Source: Mobula birostris
Lineage: Eukaryota
Assembly: GCF_030028105.1 (NCBI RefSeq)
Contig: NC_092371.1
Coordinates: 25,968,439-26,032,438 of the forward strand
Direction of reading: 5' to 3'
Length of the DNA: 64,000 bases
Positions 11,836 through 24,349 of the stretch are shown here, one piece after another. The position numbers were made by a program, and so were the translations under genes. Within the stretch, counting starts at the first letter, position 1, and the number at the start of each line of letters is the position of its first letter. Below the pieces are notes generated by a model. That model was given only the letters and a program-made list of their open reading frames with translations. It ran no database searches and was not told the DNA's origin.

Positions 11836-14800
11836 TCATATCCTATAAAAAACCCCTGTACCCCTTAAAAACGCTAAAAATACCCGGACTTGTGCTCTCT
11901 CACCCATGCCCAGCAACCCTTTTAATGTGAATTCCTGCAACCCCAACTCCCTTAGTTTAATTCTCATCATCTCTCTCTGTATCCCATACTTCCTGCAACA
12001 CAAAACTACATGTTCTGCTGACTCCTCTTCCTGACATTCCTCACACAATCCTGTCTGGTGTTTCCCTATCATTTTCAATGTTTCGTTTAATGCACAATGC
12101 CCCAGCCTTAACCTAGTCCACACAATTTCCTCTCTTCTGTTTCCATTACCTACCCTAGTAACTGCAACACTCTGTTGTATTTGATATAAATGCCTCCCTT
12201 TCCCCTCCCTGTCCCATCTTTCTTGACACATTTGGTTGACTTTTTCCCAGATTACACACTTACCCTCTGCTTTACTGATACTAATGTGCATTTCCACATT
12301 TTCTTTCTTTAACGCCCTCTTTGCCAACTCATCCACCCTCTCATTCCCCTTCACCCCTACATGTGCTGGAACCCATAGAAATTTTACCTGACCTCCCTGA
12401 TTTGCAATTCTTGTAACTAACTGAAGAACTTCATAAGGTACATCTTGCCGACTATTTGTGTAAAAAGACCTTAAACTTGCTAGAACTGAGGATGAATCTG
12501 AACATATCAATGCTTTGACTTGTCTGGCTTTCTGCACCCATTGCAACGCAACCAACACCGCCAGCATCTCCACTGTAAACACCCCTAACTTATTAGATGT
12601 TCTTCTGCTGATTCCAATTTCTTTTACTGGTATTACCACCCCAAACCCTGTCACTCCTGTTTCAGGTTCCTTCGCACCATCCGTATAAATGTGAGTATAA
12701 TCACTATACTTTTCCATCACATGACAGTTAAATGCATTTACCAAATCTGTTTTATATCTTTCTTTCCTTTTTACCTCTAACAAATGCCAGTCTATGTCAG
12801 GCCATACAAGCTTCCATGGAGCTACAACCGGATAAACTACTGAAGGACTTATCCTCAGATCAAACACTCCACATTATTTCGCGATATCATTCCCTACCCG
12901 ACTAAAGGTATCCCTCTGAAACCTCCCATTTTCCCAGCACTCCTGCAACACTCCTTTAGTAGGGTGAGAATCATTGTGCCCCTGCAAGTTAGCCCAGTAG
13001 TTTGCCATCAGTTGCATCCTTCTTAGTTCCAAAGGCATTATTCCCATTTCTACCTGTAGGGCTGACACTGGTGACGTTTTAAAAGCCCCACTGCACACTC
13101 TCAAGGCCTGAGCCTGAATCACATCCAGTTTCCTTATAAGAGACCTAGTTGCTGATCCATATACTATATTTCCATAATCCAATACAGATCTCACTAAAGC
13201 CACATACATTCTCTTCAAAGCTGAACAACTTGCTCCCCATTCCCTACCAGTCAAACATCTCATCACATTTATTACTTTTTTACATTTCTCCTCAACTTTC
13301 CTGATATGGTCTGCCCATGTTAATCGTGAATCAAATATAACTCCCAGAAATTTAAATGATGCAACCCTTTCTAATTCAACCCCATACATCCTTAACTTCT
13401 TCCCTACCTCAACCCTTTTCCTGGTAAAAAATACAGTTTGAGTTTTATCTACTGAAAATCTACATCCCCAATCATAACCCCCCTCCACCACTTCATCAAT
13501 TGCTTCTTGTAGTTTCCTGATTATATGGTCCATGTTCCTGCCTCTTTTCCACAAGGCCCCATCGTCCACAAACAGTGACCTACCTATATCCACTGGTACC
13601 TTTGTGAAGACATCATTGATCATAATGATGAAAAGTAACGGGCTAATCACACTACCTTGCAGTGTGCCATTTTCCACTATGTACTGTTTTGATAATTCTG
13701 ATCCAATCCGAACTTGAATTTTTCTACCAAACAAAAAATCTTTAATCCAATTAAAAACTCTCCCACCAACCCCCATCTTGTGCAGTTTAATTAATCATCC
13801 TTCTTTCCACATCATATCATAGGCTTTTTCAATGTCAAAGAACACTGCCACTACTGACTCTCTATTTGCCTGGGCCTTCCTTATTTCATTCTCTAACATA
13901 ATCACCGAGCCCATGGAATTCCTTCCCTTTCTAAAACCACTCTGATAACCTGCCAGCATTCCCCTTTTCTCAAGCTCATATAATAACCTTTCTGTTATCA
14001 TCCTTTCCATTATCTTACATATACTTGATGTTAATGCAATTGGTCTGTAGCTAGTGGGTTTTGACAGATCCTTGCCAGGCTTCCTTATTGGAATTACTAC
14101 TGCTTCTTTCCATGCACTTGGTAATCTTCCCTCCTCCCACACTCTGTTATAAAAATGCAGCAACTTCAAGAGCGCTCCTTCTCCTAGATTTTTTAGCATC
14201 ACAGAGCATATCAGATCTTTCCCTGGGGAGGTTGGTCTCGATCTCTTTATTGCTCTCACCATTTCTGCTAATGTAAATGGATCATCAATTATATCATCTG
14301 TTCCTTCCCTCCTGCTTAACACACCTGGGTGTTTGCTCATTATTCTTTCCCTTCTTCTTCTCCCTTCTTCAGACAAATTTTCTGAACTGTGTATCGGTAT
14401 AAATGACTTGGCCATGACCTCAGCCTTATCCCTACTGGAGACTGCAGTTTCCTCCTCAGATATCATTACTGGATATTCCCATTCCCTTCCATCTCCTCCC
14501 ATCCTCTTAATCATTCCCCATATCTCTCCCACAGGTGTTGTTCTTCCTACCTTGTCGCAAAAACTCCTCCAACTTGCCCTTTTAGCTTGACGTGTAGTTC
14601 TTCTCAGCACTGCCTGTGCTTTCTTATATTGAACCAAATGCTGCATATTATGGGTTCTTTTAACTAGCCTGAATGCTCTATTTCTGTTTTTTACAGCCTG
14701 ACAACATTCCTCTGTCCACCATGGTACCAGTTTTCTATTCATCCTATTTTTACTCCTAGGTCTAGATCCTTCTGCTGCCATGATAATTGCTGAAGTCACC

Positions 14801-15591
14801 TGACTGTTTAATTCATCTACATTTCCAGAAATATCAATCTTTGTCAACCCTTCTTCACTCAATTTCTGGAACTTACCCCAATCTGCTTTTTCAAACACCC
14901 ACTTTGGGGTTCTGCCACCTGGTCTTACTTCAACTCTTTCACCCACTGAACACAAAACTGGGTAGTGATCACTGCCTACTGTTGAAGCAGTCCAAACTCC
15001 CCAGTTACTAATGCCAGCCAAGGTATTAGACACTAACGTAATATCTAACACTGACTCAGTTCCTGTTGTTATATCTATCCTTGTGCTGCTACCATCATTC
15101 ATACACACCAAATCCCTTTCTTCCATCAAATCTTCAATTACCTTTCCATTTGGATCTGTAATCTGATCCCCCCATGTTGTGCTATGAGCATTGAAATCTG
15201 CACACCACACTACTTTATGTCTGTTTTGTCCTTGTATCTTTAATAGGCTGTACAAATCCAACCTTTTACATGGATTGTAGTAGTTAATTATAACCACTCC
15301 CTCCCCTCTCTCCCACACTTCCACCACTATGTATTCCTGATCATCTCCTTTTTCCAGTACCCTATATGGTATACCTTGCTTGATTAACATAGCACAACCC
15401 CCTCCTCCCCCAAGATTTCTATCTTTCCTTATCATTGTATACCCATATACCACAAAGTCTAAAGTTGGTTTCAACCAAGTTTCCTGAATATACACTACAT
15501 CCGGTTTTACAACCATTTCTTTAATAAAGTGCTTGAATTCCTGGCTATTGGCCAGTAAGCTCCTTGCATTCCATTGTAAAAGAATCACCAT
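11836..15591 (-). pseudogene. Nimb-like LINE ORF2 (APE endonuclease, RT, RNase H, C-terminal zinc motif) with two in-frame stops
   Basis: LQWNARSL, IQETWL, DFNAHS, SDHYPV; YRPIALTS, FFDIEKAYD, QGSVISP, LFVDD; YTDG, WVPAHVGVKGNERVDELAK; ORFs 13795-15612, 12874-13776 and 11836-12867 share a frame, separated only by TGA 13795-13797 and TAA 12874-12876. Confidence 0.93.
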
Positions 15592-15599
15592 AATTAGTA

Positions 15600-16832
15600 T
15601 TAACCAACACATGACACTTCCTGGCTTGACTGATTACTGAGGTTCTCCCTCACTTCCTCCCATGTCAGTCCTACCAACCCTAAATGGTTTACTGCTGCTT
15701 TTACCACCAGCTGAATTTTGTCACTTTTTGACTTTACCTCAGCCGTACTATTAATCACTCCTGCAATGAATGTTACTAGAGCCTTTTTGTCTACATAAAT
15801 CCTGTCATTTGTTCTTTGTTGCATCTCTCGTATCCCTATTGCTCCCTGTTCATTAGGAGCATTATTCTGTTCTCTTGACGTTCTTACAGCTTCTGCATAA
15901 GTGATCTTTCTTTTCACTCTTATTTCTTGAATTTTAGTCTCCCGTCTGACAACCTCACACCCACTATATGCAATATTATGAGCTCCTCCACAATTGCAGC
16001 ATTTTGGTTGAACTCCTGTTCCGCACTTTCCATATTCATGATCACCCCCACATCTAGCACATCTCCTCGGCCTTTTACAGTTTTTAACCACGTGTCCAAA
16101 CCTTTGACAATTATAGCACCTCAGTGGTTTTGGCACATACACCCTTACTGGGTAGCTCATGAAACCCAGGAATGCCTTCCTGGGCACTCTTTCTTCTTCA
16201 AAGTCAATCAATACTGACTCACTTTCCTTTTTCACTCCCTCCTTTGTTGTTTTCAGTCTTTGAACATTTATTACTTTCCCTCCTTTGATATTCCTCTTTA
16301 TCTCCTCCATATTTATACTCATTGGTATCCCCGTGATCACTCCTTTACAACCACTATTTTGTGCTCCCACCCTCCCAGTGTATTCCACCTTGCATTTTCC
16401 TATCTCTTTTAGCTTGAGTGCTTTCTCGAGTTGTTCCTCATTCACACATCTTACCAATAAGTTGCCATCATTAAGGACTTTTGCAAATACTATTTCCCCT
16501 ATCTTATTTGTCAGAGTTGTTGTTAGTACAAACGGGTTAATTTTCTTCTTATGTCCCTGAGCCTTCTCATTAAACCTAATTATGACAACACCTCCTCTCT
16601 GAGCTTGTTCATCTTCCTCACTTTCAGAGCTTTCTCCACTATCATTTCTTATTCTTTTATTCCCCTTGTCTTGGTTTTTATTCACCCGACCCCTCACTAC
16701 CTCCTCATTCCCTTTATTTCTCCCTTCACAATAATCCACCTCTCCCCAGCTGCCTACATCTGATCTCAAGTCCCTATCCCTCTCCTTCTCCACTTTCTTT
16801 CCCTCAACCCCCCCTCTTATCTTGTCCGCCAT
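15600..16832 (-). CDS. Nimb-like LINE ORF1p (gag-like, three CCHC zinc knuckles)
   Basis: Open frame with CYNCQRFGHVVKNC, CARCGGDHEYGKC and CCNCGGAHNIAYSGC; likely start MADKIRGG at 16832. Confidence 0.88.
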   Translation of the reverse strand: MADKIRGGVEGKKVEKERDRDLRSDVGSWGEVDYCEGRNKGNEEVVRGRVNKNQDKGNKRIRNDSGESSESEEDEQAQRGGVVIIRFNEKAQGHKKKINPFVLTTTLTNKIGEIVFAKVLNDGNLLVRCVNEEQLEKALKLKEIGKCKVEYTGRVGAQNSGCKGVITGIPMSINMEEIKRNIKGGKVINVQRLKTTKEGVKKESESVLIDFEEERVPRKAFLGFMSYPVRVYVPKPLRCYNCQRFGHVVKNCKRPRRCARCGGDHEYGKCGTGVQPKCCNCGGAHNIAYSGCEVVRRETKIQEIRVKRKITYAEAVRTSREQNNAPNEQGAIGIREMQQRTNDRIYVDKKALVTFIAGVINSTAEVKSKSDKIQLVVKAAVNHLGLVGLTWEEVRENLSNQSSQEVSCVG

Positions 16833-17849
16833 TACCGGACCCACACGACCCCCTCCCAGCATTTTCCATTCCTTCCCCACTCTCTTTCCCTCAACAGGTC
16901 CCAAACCACATTCATGCATCAAGCAAAACACAGCCAGCTTCCAGTCGAGCCAATTCCCTCCGCTCGTCGTTCGCACTTCTCTTTCGCACTGATTGCCTGT
17001 CTGCCATCCGCCCCAACTCATGTTGTTAACGCAAACGATGCACCTCACTTTATGTTTTGATGTGCACGTGACAAATAATCTTGCATCTTTCTTTCCCGTT
17101 CTGATGAAGGGTCTCAGTCCGACTCTTAGATAGGTGCATGGGTGGTAGAAAAATAGAGGGCTATGAAGGAGGGAAGGGCTAGATTGATCTTGGAGATGGT
17201 TAAAAGGTTGGCAATACATTGTGGGCTGAAAAGGCTGTACTGTGCTGTAATGTTCTGTGTTTTATGAAACATTGAATGTCCATTTCCCTCCATGGATGCT
17301 GCTTGACCTGCTGAGTTCTTGCAACATTGAGAGCCCATGATTAGGCTAAGGTTAATTTGAGGGTTGCTGGGCAGTGTGGCTCGAGGGGCTACAAGTGTTT
17401 GGGAATCAATATCAATCCTCAGGATCCCCACATTAGTTCCTGGGAATTGTTCTCCATTGCAGAGGACATCAATTCACATTCAATAGACAAAAGTTGGAAT
17501 TGGAAATGTTTTATTGTTAAACATACAAAGATATAGTGAAAAGCTTCTCCTGCATACTATTCGTACAGATTGCAACAGTGCATTGAGGCAGTAGAAGGGA
17601 AATCAAGAACAGAACGCAGAATAAAGTGTAACAGCTACAGAGAAAGTGCAGTGTAGGTGAAAATAATGTGCCGAGCCATAACAAGGTGAATTGTGAAGTC
17701 AAGAGTCTATCTTACTGTTCCAGAGAACCATTCAATAGTCTTATAATGCAGGGTAGAAGCGGTATTTGAGCCTGGTGGTATGTGCTTTCAGGTTTTTGTT
17801 TCTTGTAGGGAAGGGGGAAGAGAGAACGTCCCAGGTGGATGGTATCAGT

Positions 17850-18260
17850 TACAGAGAGCCTGAGTTATAGGGAGAGGTTGGTCTTTATTCTTTGGAATGT
17901 AAGAGAATGAGAGCCAATGTTATAGAAGTATTTCATATTATGAGAGCCACAGAGGTTAACAATCTTTTCTGCAGGGGAGGAGATTCCAAAACTGAAGGGC
18001 ATAGATAAAGTGTGAGAGGGGAAGACTTAAAAGGGAGTTGAGGGGTAACTTTTTCATGCAGGAGGTGGTGAGTACATGAAATGAGCTGCCAGAAGTGGCA
18101 GGTACAAAAGTACCATTTAAGAAGCGCTTGGATAGGTACATGGAAGGGCAGGGCTTAGAGAGATGTGGGCAAAACACAGGACATTAACTGAGTGGGCACA
18201 GAGGTCAGCATGGACTGCTTGGGCAGAAGGGCCTGTATTTGTGTATTGTTCTGTGGCTCT
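17850..18260 (+). mobile_element. CR1 LINE 3' fragment
   Basis: AGTTATAGGGAGAGGTTG...AATGAGCTGCCAGAAG...GGGCCTGTATTTGTG, typical CR1 3' end. Confidence 0.7.
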
Positions 18261-18852
18261 GAATACAGATACTAGTCGTCAATATTGGTAATTTAACCTG
18301 TTCCTGAGAGATCTCTGTCAATTACCTGTCAAGGCCCAGTATCAATAAAGAGGAATTGACATCATAGAGTGTACAGCACAGAAAAGGGCCCTTCAGCACG
18401 CCATGTTCATACTGACTTTTTTTTGCCTAGAAAGGAGCTTTTGCCTGTATTTAGGTCTTCCTGTGCCCTACCTATTTAAGTGTCTGACTAAACATCTTTT
18501 CAACATACTGTAAGTGATTACATGTGACCTCATCACCATCTGTGCAAAGGAGTTCCAGATATCAATCACTCTGTGTGTAAAAAAAAATTCTCAAATCCTA
18601 TTTAAAGCTCCTTTCTCTCACCTATGCCTTATTGTGTTTTGATCGCCTTCTAGGGGAAATAGTTTCTGAGACAGAAGAGACTGCAGATGCTGCAGTCTGG
18701 AAGAACAAACTGACCTTGGAGGTCAGATAGCACCTGTGGAGGGAAATGGATAACTGATAGTTCAGGCTGAGATCCTGACTGTCCTGTAATTTTATGCCTG
18801 TTTTGCCTACCTTCCTCAGGTCACCCTCAGCCTCCAGTCCAAGGAAAACACT

Positions 18853-19118
18853 GTGAGTGCCGCGGTAGTGTAGTCAGCGCAACACCATTACAGCTTGGAG
18901 CAGTCCAGAGTTCAGGATTCAATTCCGGTGCCAGCTGTAAAGGAGTCCATGGAATACGTGGGCTTTTCCTGGGTGCTCTGGTTTCCTCCCTCAGTCCAAA
19001 GACCTACCAGTAAATTGTCCTGTGATCTTGGTTAGGGTTCATCGGGTCTGTCGGGCGCTGCTCGGGCAGCGTGGCTTGAAGGGTCTACTCTGTGCTGCAT
19101 CGCTAAATAAAATAAAAA
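18853..19118 (+). mobile_element. tRNA-derived SINE
   Basis: GCGGTAGTGTAGTCAGCGC / GGATTCAATTCC head, TGCTCTGGTTTCCTCCC core, (TAAAA)n tail. Confidence 0.7.
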
Positions 19119-19119
19119 A

Positions 19120-19860
19120 GATTTCTAACAGGTCTGTCCCCATAACTAAAGTCCTCCGATCAAGGCAGTATCCTGGTGAATCTCCTCTGCACTCTCTCTT
19201 GTGAAGGCACACCCTTCCTATGGTGGGCCAACCACAACTGCACGCAGCCCTCAAGGATTTGTAAAGTTCATAACACTCCAGCTTTTATATTCTATGCTCT
19301 GATCAATGAAGACAAGCACACCATATGCCTTCTTCACCAACCTATCTACCTGTGTTGCTACTTTCAGGAAACTATAGACCTGAACCTCTGTTCCTCAACA
19401 TCGCTTAGTGCCCTACTATGTACTTGATTTGTCCGACCCCTATTTAATTTCCCAAAACGCACCACCTCAGACTTGTCAGGATTAAATTGAATCTGCCAAG
19501 GTTCTGCCCAATTCTCCATCTGATTTATATCCTGTTGTAGCCTAAGATAACCATACTGGTTATCCACAACACCAGCAATGTTTGTGTTACACACAGACTT
19601 TCTGATATCTCCTACACATCCAAGTTATTAACATATATGGGAAATAACAAGGGTCCCAGCATTAGCACCTGCAGTACAACGGTGCTCACATGCCTCCTGT
19701 CAGAAAAACCTCTGTCTCCATCATTCAACCAGATTTGGGTCCCAGTAGCCAGATCATCCTTAACCTTAACCTTCTGGACCAACCCACCACGTGGAACTTC
19801 CATCAAATGCCTCACTAAAATTCATTTAGACAATACCCACCACCCTGCCTTCATCAGTCT
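19120..19860 (-). mobile_element. Degraded CR1 RT fragment
   Basis: LGPLLFPIYVNNLD and RLQQDINQMENWAEPWQIQFNPDKSEV. Confidence 0.8.
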
Positions 19861-19865
19861 CCTTT

Positions 19866-20170
19866 CGGTAGCACAGTCATGTAGCGGTTAGCACAATCAC
19901 TTTTACAGCTTCAGTGATCACCATTCAGGGTATGATCCCCACCACTGTCCGTACATTCACTCTGAGACCGTATGGGTTTCCCCTGGGTGCTCCAGTTTCC
20001 TCCCACATTCCAAAGACATGCAGTCAGGGTTAGACAGTTGCGGGTAAGTTATATTGGCACCAGAAATGTGGCAATATTTGCCCAGCACAATCCTTGGAAA
20101 GTGTTGATTATTGACACGAAGCGTTTCACCATATGTTTTAATGTCCATGTGACGAATAAAGCTATTCTTT
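19866..20170 (+). mobile_element. tRNA-derived SINE
   Basis: GTCATGTAGCGGTTAGCAC head, GGGTTTCCCTGGGTGCTCCAGTTTCCTCCCACATTCCAAAGAC core, GTGACGAATAAA tail. Confidence 0.75.
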
Positions 20171-20663
20171 TTCTTTTACCTTTAACTTTATCTCCTCAGG
20201 ACGTTCAGTCAAATTAGTGAGAAGGGACTTTCCCCATACAAAGCCAAACAGACTACCTGTGATCAGACTCTGCCTTTCCAAATGTAATTAATTTTATCCC
20301 TTAGGATTTTCTTCCATAATTTCCCTCTGACTGACATAAGCACCAGCTAATGGGCTAGCATCTGCTGACATCTCCTCCTTTAGAATGCTGACCTTATCCA
20401 GATACAGTCCTGAACTCACCATCTCCCATGTTCTTCTTCAGCTGAGCACAGGTGCCAGGTATTCATTTGGGAACTTGCCAACCTACCTTGGCCCTACACG
20501 TAGATTATCCTTTTGGTCTCTAAGGGAACCCCTTCCCTGGCCACCCTTTTGCTCCTGATACACTTGTGGAATGTCAATGGGAACAGTTACTGAGAGCCCA
20601 GTGTCAACAATAGGGGGTGGATATCAATCATAAGGACGTCCACCCTGGTTACCAAGTCAATAT

Positions 20664-21210
20664 TGTAGCGTGGACGAAATTACCAGAGAGACAGAGTCAC
20701 TGGTAGATACAAAGCAGTTTCTTTATTCGACACAACAAGCTACAGCAGGCATCTTACGGACAGAGTTGCTTTCCGCAGAAAGGTCTGCTGGCTAAATGTG
20801 GGCTTGATATTTATATGCTAAACACAAAGGCAATCGCTACTTAAAAAAGCTACAGACAATGCTTCCTATTGAAGCTACATACAAGCATCACACCTTAGGA
20901 TTTCATCTTTTCCTTCTGAAGCCAACATGTCTGGGTTGGTATCCACAGCCTTTAGTTCAATCCACAATACATTTATTTGGCATTTCCCGTGCTAACGTAG
21001 AAGACAATTAATATTTATAATGTATAGATAATACTGTCTTCGAAACTACAGCATCAGGCACCAGAAGCGTTTGGTATTTACACCTTTTAGGAAGCCCAAT
21101 GTGGTGGACTCAATCCACAGTCCTTTGTCAAACAGTTAAAATGGAAGTCTGGTGGCCAAAGTCATTAAGTGTAAACAAATCATCTACCCAAAAGGAAATC
21201 CACTCTAACA
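20664..21210 (-). mobile_element. Solo LTR (547 bp)
   Basis: TG...CA termini with inverted repeats (TGTAGCGTGGA / TCCACTCTAACA); perfect 5-bp TSD AATAT at 20659-20663 and 21211-21215; minus-strand AATAAA near 20722. Confidence 0.85.
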
Positions 21211-22989
21211 AATATAACTCAATGCAGCATTAGATTCCAATTACTGAGAGAAGAATATCAATTATTAGAAGTCCATAACTTGAGAAACAGCACCTCATCA
21301 GCTATCTGCAATGATATAGCCTTCTGGAGTCAATAATGTAGCAAAGTTAATTGTAATCTGTAAAAATAACTCAAATTTTCTACTTTCACAGACACTGCCA
21401 GATTTTCCTGTAGGTTTCAGCTCTGACCAGAATTTCACAGTGTTTCCGTATCCCTGTGTTTGTTTCCTTCCAATCTATCAACCAGCTGGCTTCATAAACA
21501 GCACGTCACCATGGCAACCTAAACCTCACCCTATCAAAGATGTCCTCTTTGTCTTATCCATCTCTACCCACTCCATCTGCAACTTGAGAAGTAACATGTT
21601 TTCTCATTTCACCAGTTCCGATAAAGAGTCCTTGACCCTCAACTCTCTTTATCTCTCCGCCAGTGCTGCCTGATCTGCTGAGTGTTTCCGGTGTTTTCTC
21701 TTTCTCCTACAAGATATCTGTTAGCGAGGGATGGGTGTTCTATCAGCTACTGTACCTAAAGACTGATATCACTGGGAACCATTAACAGCTACTGAGAAAC
21801 CAATATTAGTTACAGTTGTCAGTAATAGAAAATCAATATTAGTCACTGGGAATTAAAGGCATTCTACGTAAACAGGATCTAACATGGGATTTGTGTTAAA
21901 TCTTCAAATATTCAGCAAATTTATAACAAGAATTGAATAAAACAGTTTTAAAGAAAAACATGAAATGACAGCCATTACATCTAAGGCACTGAATTTGAAG
22001 GCAATCATGTATAGCTGTACAAAGCTTAATAAGTCCACACTTGGAAATCTACAAGGAGAAATACCTTGGCTTTGGAGAATGCAGTTTAGAAGAGAACACA
22101 ACAGAAAGATACCTGGCCCATCTTTACAAGAAATGACCCAAACTAGTGTTGCAAAAGGCTAACGGTTTTTTTGATCAATGTGTTCACTGTAGTAATGTTG
22201 TGCAGTCTAGAACAATGAAACACTGCCTGAGAATTTGAAGGAGGCCTTTCAAAAGTGAAATTAGGAACATAACAAGAAATAGGAGCAGAAAACCATTCAG
22301 CCCTTCAAACTGCTCTGTACTTTCAACAAGATCATGTCTGATCTTCCACCTCAGTACTTGTTTTCTGCCTTGTCCAAATATTTATTTGATTCTGGTCAAG
22401 TGCAAAACTCTACTTATCACTGTTGAGTGCAATCATTGATAGATCCTCCAGAGATTTCTGGAAAAGAGATCAAATTCTGCTTGAGGAAATATCTCCTCAC
22501 TTCAGTCCTAAGTAGCCTATCTCTTGTATTGAGACTGTAATCCCTGCTTCTAGGTTCTTCAGTAAGGGGAAACAACCTTTCAGGATCCAGCCTTTCAAAT
22601 TCACTAAGGCTTTTGTACATATCACCTCTCACCCTCTGTACTCTTGAGAAAAGAGGCCAGTTTTGGCTCAAAAGATGGACACACTATCTCAAAAACAAAT
22701 CTAATTATCCTCACTGAACTTCCTCTGTGGTGGTTGTCCATCGTGTCCAATGATGACAGGAAACCTGTGCAGGGGAGATTTTAAAGTGGAAAAGCCATTC
22801 CACTCTCTCGACCTTGGAAGTCTGGATCCAGTGGTACCAACAAGTGTCACAAACTAGGCTCTTCCTTGATTGAGATGAATGACTTTTTCTGTGCCTAGTC
22901 ATGCCCTTCGATCTTCACGGAGCATTGCAGAGCCACTTTTCCTGGCTGTTTGATCAAACTTCCTCCACATTTTAGATCAGGAGATCAAA

Positions 22990-23626
22990 ACTATACTGGC
23001 GGGAGGAGGCGATAGCAGCTCACTGTGAATGCGCAGCCCTCTGGTGGAAAATGATATTGTATCCGTTAAATAGGGGCCATGGACAATTCTGATTTGATGG
23101 AGACGGACATGAAAGCACAGAGGAACATCTGGAAAAATTTCTGAAATGCTCGTTCGCTGCTGTCGTTACTGCGCGGTGGGGAATCTTTCGGAGGAAAGGC
23201 CTCAAAATTCCCGGCTTTGCCTGCCATTGACGACCGAGAAGGAGGTCGAATCGTTCGGATAGACATGGTGCTCAGTACTCGGTGTCGGAGATTTGATCAG
23301 AGCTCGAAGTTTTCGGATGACTCAGAGTCGGACCGTGGTCGGGTATGGCAGGGAGAGTTTTTCTTCCTTCTCCCGTCCACATGAGATGTGGGACATTTGA
23401 GAGACTTTGAACTTTTACTGTGCTCATGGACTTCTTCATCAAGTTATGATATTGTTGCACTGTTGTAACTATATGTTATAATTATGTGGTTTTGTTTTTT
23501 TCAGTCTCGGTCTGTCCTGTGTTTTGTGATATCACGCCGGAGGAAATATTGTATCATTTCTTAATGCATGCATTACTAAATGACAATAAAAGAGGACTGC
23601 GTGTCTTCATAATCTAAAAAATCTAA
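22990..23626 (+). mobile_element. Unclassified CpG-rich SINE-like retroposon
   Basis: CpG-rich noncoding body in AT-rich context; ends AATAAA...(AATCTA) repeats, like Rex1-family tails. Confidence 0.55.
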
Positions 23627-24250
23627 GATTCAAGATACAAAATTTTTTATTGTCATTCTTCAGTTCACAAGAGAATGAAATGATTGTTTCTCCAGATCCT
23701 ACGAAGCATAAAAAACAATAAGCATAAAGAACTCATTAAAAAACACAAATATATTTTATTTACAATACAATCCTATAAAACACAGTTACAAGTAACTGTT
23801 ATATACGTACTTAGACTGATTCTATATACATAAAGTGACACTAAGTGATGTGTATGTAGTCATGATGGAGGTGGTGGGGGGCCTGACGGTTTGGGGGAAG
23901 TAACTTTTTGAGTCTAATGGTCCTGGCGTGGACGCTGTGTTGCCTTGTCCCTGATGGGAGTGGGACGAACAGTCCATAAAAGGGGTGAGTGTGTTCCCCC
24001 ATGCTATTGCTGGCCTTTTTCTGGCACCTCTCCGTATTTATGTCCTTGACAGGAGATAGACTGGTGCTGGTGATGCACTGGGCAGTTTTAACTATCCATT
24101 GCAGAGCCCTCTTATCCACCACGGTGCAGTTTCTCATTACCCACACAATTATGGAGCATGTTAAGATGCTCTCAACTGCTCACCTGTAGAAGGTTGTGAG
24201 CATTGATGTGCATAATGCAGCTCTCTTCAGCCTCCTCAGAAAGTAGAGGC
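23627..24250 (-). mobile_element. Rex1/Babar LINE 3' fragment
   Basis: LQWIVKTAQCIT...HPFYGLFVPLPSG...ARTIRLK in ORF 23841-24146. Confidence 0.75.
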
Positions 24251-24349
24251 ACCTCTCTTTTTCTTTCTTTCTCTCTCTCTCCCTCCCTCTACTCCCTCTC
24301 TCCTTCTGTCTCCCTCTCTCTCTCCTCCTCACTCTCTCTCCCACCCCCA

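Larger units (their letters stand above)
11589..17020 (-). mobile_element. Full-length I-group (Nimb-like) non-LTR retrotransposon
   Basis: ORF1 with CCHC knuckles, ORF2 APE-RT-RNase H; flanked by a near-perfect 12-bp TSD, TGTTGGTAACGC (11577-11588) / TGTTGTTAACGC (17021-17032). Confidence 0.93.

Noticed and set aside
16833-17219. N-terminal 128 aa of the 539-aa ORF
   Set aside because: It runs through the LINE 5' UTR and past the TSD into unrelated repeats; chance in-frame extension
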